This document shows positions 58,740-64,000 of a stretch of DNA of 64,000 bases, in pieces; position 1 is the first letter of the stretch; the number at the start of each line of letters is the position of its first letter. Below the pieces are notes generated by a model. That model did not search any database, was not told the DNA's origin, and saw only the letters and a program-made list of their open reading frames with translations. The DNA is taken from positions 1,557 through 65,556 of IMG/VR virus record IMGVR_UViG_3300017783_000013; one strand, written 5' to 3'. The DNA is from a virus. Taxonomy: Duplodnaviria > Caudoviricetes. The position numbers and the translations under genes were made by a program.

Positions 58740-59735
58740 ATGGCAACACTAGCAGAAATCCGTGCAAAATTACGTGAACAAGAAGATCGTAAAGGCGGAG
58801 GCAACAAAAACAGCGGCGGCGATAACGCAATTTACCCACATTGGAATATGGCAGAAGGTAGCGAAGCAGTACTTCGTTTTCTTCCTGACTCTGATTCTGA
58901 TAACGTATTCTTTTGGAAAGAACGTTTGATGATCAAACTTCCATTTGCTGGAATTAAAGGACAAACTGATTCACGTCCTGTAACAGTAAACGTTCCATGT
59001 ATGGAAATGTATGGCGAATCATGTAACATTCTTAATGAAGTACGTGGTTGGTTTAAAGATCCATCATTGGAAGCACAAGGCAGAAAATATTGGAAAAAAC
59101 GTTCTTATATTTTCCAAGGCTTTGTAGTAGATAATCCAATTAGTGATGATACTACTCCAGAAAATCCAATTAGACGTTTTATTATTGGACCACAAATCTT
59201 TCAAATCATTAAGGGTGCGTTAATGGATCCTGAAATGGAAGAATTGCCAACAGACTATGCAAGAGGTGTAGACTTTAGAATTAAGAAAACTTCTAAAGGT
59301 GGATATGCTGATTATTCAACTTCACAATGGTCACGTAGAGAACGTGCAGTAACTGAGATTGAAAAAGCGGCAATTGACGCAAATGGTTTGCATAACTTAA
59401 ATGACTTTTTACCTAAGAAACCTTCTGAAGTTGAAGTTAAAGTAATGCAGGATATGTTTGAAGCATCAGTAGATGGTGAAGCATATGATCCAGATCGTTT
59501 TGGTCAGTACTTTCGTGCTCCAGGCATGAGTGCTCCAACTGGTGATCCAAAGCATACACCAGCGGCTCCGACAGCAACTCCGGCTCCAGCAGTAACACCC
59601 GAGCCAGTAGCAGAAGCGGCTCCGGCAGTACAAGAAACTGCTCCGGCGGCAACTAGTGCACCTGAAGGCGACGATAAACCAAGTAGCGAACGTGCTCAAG
59701 ATATTTTAGCAATGATTCGTAACCGTCAATCGTAA
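58740..59735 (+). CDS. gp32: single-stranded DNA-binding protein (T4 gp32-like)
   Basis: AVLRFLPD, YWKKRSY, IGPQIFQII, GVDFRIKK...GGYADYSTS; sits upstream of uvsX. Confidence 0.85.
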   Translation: MATLAEIRAKLREQEDRKGGGNKNSGGDNAIYPHWNMAEGSEAVLRFLPDSDSDNVFFWKERLMIKLPFAGIKGQTDSRPVTVNVPCMEMYGESCNILNEVRGWFKDPSLEAQGRKYWKKRSYIFQGFVVDNPISDDTTPENPIRRFIIGPQIFQIIKGALMDPEMEELPTDYARGVDFRIKKTSKGGYADYSTSQWSRRERAVTEIEKAAIDANGLHNLNDFLPKKPSEVEVKVMQDMFEASVDGEAYDPDRFGQYFRAPGMSAPTGDPKHTPAAPTATPAPAVTPEPVAEAAPAVQETAPAATSAPEGDDKPSSERAQDILAMIRNRQS

Positions 59736-59744
59736 GGAGTAATT

Positions 59745-60824
59745 ATGGCGAAACCATTTGATGTATCAAAGTTTCGTAAAGGTCTCACCAAGTCTATTAC
59801 AGGACTTGGTGTTGGCTTTAACGATCCAACAGACTGGGTAAGCACAGGCAACTATGCACTAAACTATCTTATTAGTGGCGACTTTCACAAAGGTGTTCCA
59901 CTAGGTAAGGTTACAGTGTTTGCAGGTGAATCCGGAGCAGGCAAAAGTTATTTTGCTTCAGGTAACATTGTAAAGGCCGCTCAAGATCAAGGTATCTTTG
60001 TAGTACTAATCGACTCAGAGAATGCACTTGATGAAAAGTGGTTGAAAGCACTTGGAGTAGATACTGCTGAAGACAAACTAATGCGTCTATCAATGAGTAT
60101 GATTGATGACGTTGCAAAAACAGTTTCAAACTTTATGGCAGATTATAAAGACGACTTTGGAGATCTTGATTCTTCAGAACGTCCTAAAGTATTGTTTGTA
60201 ATTGATAGTTTAGGTATGCTACTAACACCAACTGATGTTGATCAGTTTACTAAAGGTGATATGAAAGGTGACATGGGGCGTAAGCCTAAGGCACTGACAG
60301 CACTTGTAAGAAACACTGTAAACATGTTTGGTAGTTACAATGTAGGCATGGTAGCAACTAATCACACATACGCATCACAAGATATGTTTGACCCTGATGA
60401 TAAGATATCAGGCGGACAAGGATTTGTGTATGCTTCGAGTATTGTTGTTGCAATGAAAAAACTTAAACTTAAAGAAGACCTTGACGGTAAAAAGGTAACT
60501 GATGTACGTGGTATTAGAGCCGCTTGTAAGGTAATGAAAACACGTTACGCAAAACCTTTTGAAGGCGTACAAGTAAAGATTCCATACGAAACAGGTATGG
60601 ATCCATACAGTGGTCTAGTTGACATGTTTGAAAAACAAGGTTTGTTAAAGCAACAAGGAAACAGACTAAAGTATGTAGACTCCAAAGGTCAAGAGATGTT
60701 ACATTATAGAAAAGATTGGACTGGAGAACATCTGGAAGTCATTATGAAAGACTTTTCAGACAACGGTGATAAGTATAACGAAAATATTGAAACCGTTGAG
60801 GAGACTCCTAGTGAATCTGAATGA
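59745..60824 (+). CDS. uvsX: RecA-like recombinase
   Basis: STGNYALN, AGESGAGKS, DSENALD, VIDSLGML, TNHTY and SGGQG..YASS. Confidence 0.92.
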   Translation: MAKPFDVSKFRKGLTKSITGLGVGFNDPTDWVSTGNYALNYLISGDFHKGVPLGKVTVFAGESGAGKSYFASGNIVKAAQDQGIFVVLIDSENALDEKWLKALGVDTAEDKLMRLSMSMIDDVAKTVSNFMADYKDDFGDLDSSERPKVLFVIDSLGMLLTPTDVDQFTKGDMKGDMGRKPKALTALVRNTVNMFGSYNVGMVATNHTYASQDMFDPDDKISGGQGFVYASSIVVAMKKLKLKEDLDGKKVTDVRGIRAACKVMKTRYAKPFEGVQVKIPYETGMDPYSGLVDMFEKQGLLKQQGNRLKYVDSKGQEMLHYRKDWTGEHLEVIMKDFSDNGDKYNENIETVEETPSESE

Positions 60825-61053
60825 TGAACAACTAATTGACTTATGGGATTCGTTTGCTGATTTTGTTGATACAAAAAGTAAACAGGATTGTGCTAACAAA
60901 TTTATAAACTGGTGTATAGATAATGGTCTAGACGAACCAGTACTATATGAGTTAGCCGATCAGGATCCGTACCTTAAAGACGCTGTAGATGAAATCTATG
61001 GTGACGATGAGGGATATGACAATGATGACGAGTATGAAGAAGAAGACTATTAA
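60811..61053 (+). CDS. small acidic hypothetical protein
   Basis: GAGGAG SD at about 60798 supports a GTG start at 60811; D/E-rich tail. Confidence 0.6.
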   Translation: MNLNDEQLIDLWDSFADFVDTKSKQDCANKFINWCIDNGLDEPVLYELADQDPYLKDAVDEIYGDDEGYDNDDEYEEEDY

Positions 61054-61512
61054 ATGATAAATTGGTATTCAAGGATCTCAACAGATATTTCTTGTATTCC
61101 TGATGCTATATTATGGTATGAGGAACAAATGCAAGAAGCAAGACTTGAGTGTGGACTTAGAGGCAATCTTGAAAAGAATGCCGCCGCATTACCAGGTGTT
61201 GTTGAACAGCGATTTGGACAATTACAAGAGATTGAAGCGATTCTTGAATACCTAAACATCGAACTTCGAAGAACAAGAGCAAAGTTTTTTAAACAGTATT
61301 TAGAAAACTATCAAAGAGCATTATCCAGCCGTGATGTAGAAAAATATGTTGACGGCGAAGCAGACGTAGTTGATATGGAAAAGATTATTAATGAGTTTGC
61401 ACTGCTACGTAACAAGTGGTTAGGAATCTTAAAAGGCATTGACATGAAGCAATGGCAGATAACTAATATTACTAAACTACGTGTAGCAGGAATGGAAGAT
61501 GCATCAATTTGA
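61054..61512 (+). CDS. uvsY: recombination mediator
   Basis: Helical 152 aa protein near uvsX with KYVDGE.D and KGID.KQWQI.NI.KLR.AG. Confidence 0.7.
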   Translation: MINWYSRISTDISCIPDAILWYEEQMQEARLECGLRGNLEKNAAALPGVVEQRFGQLQEIEAILEYLNIELRRTRAKFFKQYLENYQRALSSRDVEKYVDGEADVVDMEKIINEFALLRNKWLGILKGIDMKQWQITNITKLRVAGMEDASI

Positions 61513-62083
61513 TACAGTAATAATCAAACATAAACAAAAAGATTACGACGCTTGTTATGAGCGTTGTGTCGATTTGGGCTATAACAACAATAGTATTACA
61601 AGTATACATACTATAGATTCCCCAATTCCAAAAGCAACACACGGAAACTATAAAAATTACAGAAATAGTAATCACAGAACCGATCCTGATTTTTTAAATT
61701 TTTATAGACATTTTAAAGCATGGAAATTAGGTGTACAGTTAGACAAACCTATATTAATAATTGAAGATAACGTTTTTCAACAATTTCCTTTGCCTGGCAA
61801 CATTAATAATTTCTATACTGAGATATTAAATTGTAGTGCTGGTAACTGGGAATACGAAAATACTATATTATCTCTGCCTAAATCGGATCATAAAATAGGT
61901 GGTGATGATTATCCAATTTTTCAACGTAACTGTTTATCAAATAGTAAAGCATATCTAATTACTCCATTAGGTTGTAAAAAAGCATTAGATATAAATGTAA
62001 AGTACGGATATATAATACCAAGAGTTATGTTTAACAGTGTATTATTTGATGTTAAATATTTTAAAAGAAAATTATTTGTATGA
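61499..62083 (+). CDS. glycosyltransferase family 25-like
   Basis: H..AWK....DKPILIIEDN and AYLITPLGCKKAL motifs. Confidence 0.6.
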   Translation: MHQFDTVIIKHKQKDYDACYERCVDLGYNNNSITSIHTIDSPIPKATHGNYKNYRNSNHRTDPDFLNFYRHFKAWKLGVQLDKPILIIEDNVFQQFPLPGNINNFYTEILNCSAGNWEYENTILSLPKSDHKIGGDDYPIFQRNCLSNSKAYLITPLGCKKALDINVKYGYIIPRVMFNSVLFDVKYFKRKLFV

Positions 62084-62130
62084 ACTTTTTAGCAATAATC
62101 AACAAATAGATACTGGCAAACTGCTACAAA

Positions 62131-62136
62131 TAAATA
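62131..62136 (+). promoter_or_regulatory. late promoter core TAAATA, 5 nt before ATG
   Basis: TAAATA-tatgt-ATG(62142). Confidence 0.6.
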
Positions 62137-62141
62137 TATGT

Positions 62142-62942
62142 ATGAAAACAGTTGTACTAGTCACAGGCGGATTCGATCCACTACACTCCGGGCATATAGC
62201 CTATTTTAAAGAAGCAAAGAAGTTAGGCAATAAACTAGTTGTTGGTGTAAACAGCGATGCTTGGCTAACTCGCAAAAAAGGCAGACCATTTATGCCATGG
62301 GAAGAACGTTCTATTATTATTGAATCATTAGAATGTGTGGACCATGTTATTGATTTTAATGACGATGATGGTAGTGCTACTGATGCTATTAACAAAACTA
62401 GAAAACTTTTTCCAAAAAGTGAAATAGTGTTTGCTAACGGTGGTGACAGACAAGCAGAAAACATACCAGAGTTATTTGATGATAACACCGGAGAATTAAG
62501 ATTTGTTTATGGTGTTGGCGGCGAAGATAAAAAGAATTCAAGCAGTTGGATTTTAGAAGATTACAAACATCCTAAAACTGAACGACCGTGGGGTTACTAT
62601 AGAGTTTTGTTTGGTGTTGGTAATGAAGTTAAGTTAAAAGAACTTACAGTTGATCCAGGAAAAATGTTGAGTATGCAAAAACATAAACACAGAGCCGAGC
62701 ATTGGTTTGTTAGCGAAGGACAAGCAACGGTTAACACAATTAATACACAATCAACTGACATGGAAGAATGGTGTACATTAAATAAACATCAAACAATACA
62801 TGTAAGTACAAATGAGTGGCATCAGTTAGTTAATAACACAAATAAACCTCTTAAAATTATTGAAATACAATACGGCGAAAACTGTATAGAAGATGATATT
62901 GAACGTATCGGTGTTGATGATAATTACGGGAAAGGAAAATAA
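62142..62942 (+). CDS. cytidylyltransferase-family nucleotidyltransferase fused to mannose-6-phosphate isomerase-type cupin
   Basis: Probable start MKTVV at 62142. TGGFDPLHSGH, GVNSDAWL.RKKG and FANGGDR, then ERPWGYY, LSMQKH.HRAEHW and IIEIQYG...EDDIER. Confidence 0.85.
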   Translation: MKTVVLVTGGFDPLHSGHIAYFKEAKKLGNKLVVGVNSDAWLTRKKGRPFMPWEERSIIIESLECVDHVIDFNDDDGSATDAINKTRKLFPKSEIVFANGGDRQAENIPELFDDNTGELRFVYGVGGEDKKNSSSWILEDYKHPKTERPWGYYRVLFGVGNEVKLKELTVDPGKMLSMQKHKHRAEHWFVSEGQATVNTINTQSTDMEEWCTLNKHQTIHVSTNEWHQLVNNTNKPLKIIEIQYGENCIEDDIERIGVDDNYGKGK

Positions 62943-63634
62943 TGAATAAAATATATATTGGGTATGATTCCCGTGAACCAATCGCAAGTACAGTTTGCGA
63001 ACATAGTTTAAGACGAACTACAGAAGAACCTTTAGATATTAACTATCTTAAGATCAACGAACTTAGAGATCAAGGAATTTATAAAAGACCAGATGATGCC
63101 TTAGGAAGTACAGAATTTACATTTACTAGATTTTTGATTCCTTACTTGCAAGATTACAAAGGTTGGGCATTATTTTGTGATTGTGATTTTTTATGGTTAG
63201 AAGATGTTGATAAATTGTTCTCTTTAAGAGACGACAAGTATGCGGTCATGTGTGTTCATCATGATTACACTCCTAAAGAAGGCGAAAAGATGGACGGAAA
63301 GCAACAAACACTATATCCAAGAAAAAATTGGAGTTCAATGGTGTTATGGAACTGCGGACATCCTAGTAATTCACAAGTTATACCAAGTATGGTAAACAAA
63401 GAAACAGGAAAATACATGCATCGCTTCAGTTGGCTAAAAGATAGTGAAATTGGTCAGATAAATCATGAGTGGAATTGGTTAGAAGGTTGGTATAAAGAAC
63501 CAAAAGACGGAAAACCTAAAGCAATACACTTTACTGAAGGCGGACCTTGGTTTAAAAACTGCCAAGATGTTGATTATGCAGACAAATGGTTACAATCTGC
63601 AATACAAACCGGCGTACCATGGGAAAAAATCTAG
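62942..63634 (+). CDS. GT-A fold (GT8-like) glycosyltransferase
   Basis: IYIGYDSRE, STEFTFTRFL, FCDCDF (DxD), RKNWSS, EWNWL and HFTEGGPW. Confidence 0.8.
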   Translation: MNKIYIGYDSREPIASTVCEHSLRRTTEEPLDINYLKINELRDQGIYKRPDDALGSTEFTFTRFLIPYLQDYKGWALFCDCDFLWLEDVDKLFSLRDDKYAVMCVHHDYTPKEGEKMDGKQQTLYPRKNWSSMVLWNCGHPSNSQVIPSMVNKETGKYMHRFSWLKDSEIGQINHEWNWLEGWYKEPKDGKPKAIHFTEGGPWFKNCQDVDYADKWLQSAIQTGVPWEKI

Positions 63635-63650
63635 AAATGTTTTACTAAAC

Positions 63651-64000
63651 ATGATCTTTTTAAGTAAAAACGGAACAGACGAATATATTAATATGCTTGC
63701 CTCCAGTTTTAGTACACTACCTACTGATTCTAACAAGTTTAGTTACTCACAAAACAATGATCCAATATTTTTACGTGGAATTTTGAAGTATAAATTGATG
63801 TTTCAGTGTAAAGAACAAGAACGCGACTTTTATTACATGGATAGTGGATACATGGGCAACTATAAAGGACCAAGTAATCCGCATGGTTGGAAAATATGGC
63901 ATAGAATTGTTAAGAATGATTTACAACACAATGAAATTGTGGATAGACCTGATGATAGATTCAAAAAATTAGGTATAAAAATTCCTAAATGGAAGAAAGA
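63651..64000 (+). CDS. 3'-truncated protein, possibly polysaccharide-modification related
   Basis: Open from ATG 63651 (MIFLSKNGTDEY...RGILK...DFYYMDSGY...WHRIVKN) to the window end; not in the ORF track. Confidence 0.6.
   Translation, partial: MIFLSKNGTDEYINMLASSFSTLPTDSNKFSYSQNNDPIFLRGILKYKLMFQCKEQERDFYYMDSGYMGNYKGPSNPHGWKIWHRIVKNDLQHNEIVDRPDDRFKKLGIKIPKWKK

Noticed and set aside
54170-60824. Introns or inteins in terminase, gp32 or UvsX
   Set aside because: Lengths are ordinary (529, 331 and 359 aa) and motifs are contiguous; no intein C/S...HN ends or LAGLIDADG motifs were seen.
42533-62942. ORF-track starts at 43705, 45616, 52586, 55746, 60766 and 62037
   Set aside because: Each extension overlaps a neighbouring gene or promoter. 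Downstream starts (43651, 45484, 52670, 55776, 60811, 62142) fit promoter or SD positions and protein motifs better.
1-64000. Stop-codon reassignment as in some large phages
   Set aside because: Core genes are full length in the standard code, and TAA, TAG and TGA all occur as real stops at gene junctions.

Overview
A 64 kb, AT-rich, densely coding segment of a large T4-like (myovirus) bacteriophage genome, read with the standard code. No rRNA, tRNA, CRISPR array, integrase or reverse transcriptase was seen. Bases 1-37.7 kb are a + strand block of very large modular virion or fibre proteins (1226, 2199, 2182 and 1941 aa). The block also holds three paralogous Cys/Gly-rich proteins, two chaperone-like paralogues, a GT9-type glycosyltransferase, a NodU/CmcH carbamoyltransferase and a subtilisin carrying repeat and cupredoxin-like domains. 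Bases 37.7-43.7 kb are a - strand, translationally coupled operon in which neck and tail-terminator genes (gp14, gp15) lead into Nudix, HldE, a 2OG-Fe(II) oxygenase, HldD and a cupin. Bases 43.7-64 kb hold T4 core genes (gp13, dNMP kinase, gp18, gp19, gp4, terminase, gp32, UvsX, UvsY), probable head-packaged proteins and a second sugar-modification cluster. Main leads: (1) a probable late-expressed virion heptosylation/carbamoylation system, with a D-S-[S/T] motif recurring in the fibres; (2) a fixed TAAATA-N5-ATG arrangement implying leaderless late mRNAs; (3) an A9/A_AAA_AAG slippery site with an immediate -1 stop in a head protein; (4) a GC-rich structured leader at 801-900; (5) blue-copper-type ligand sets on virion proteins. 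All product calls come from motif recognition by eye; no database search was run and all counts are manual.
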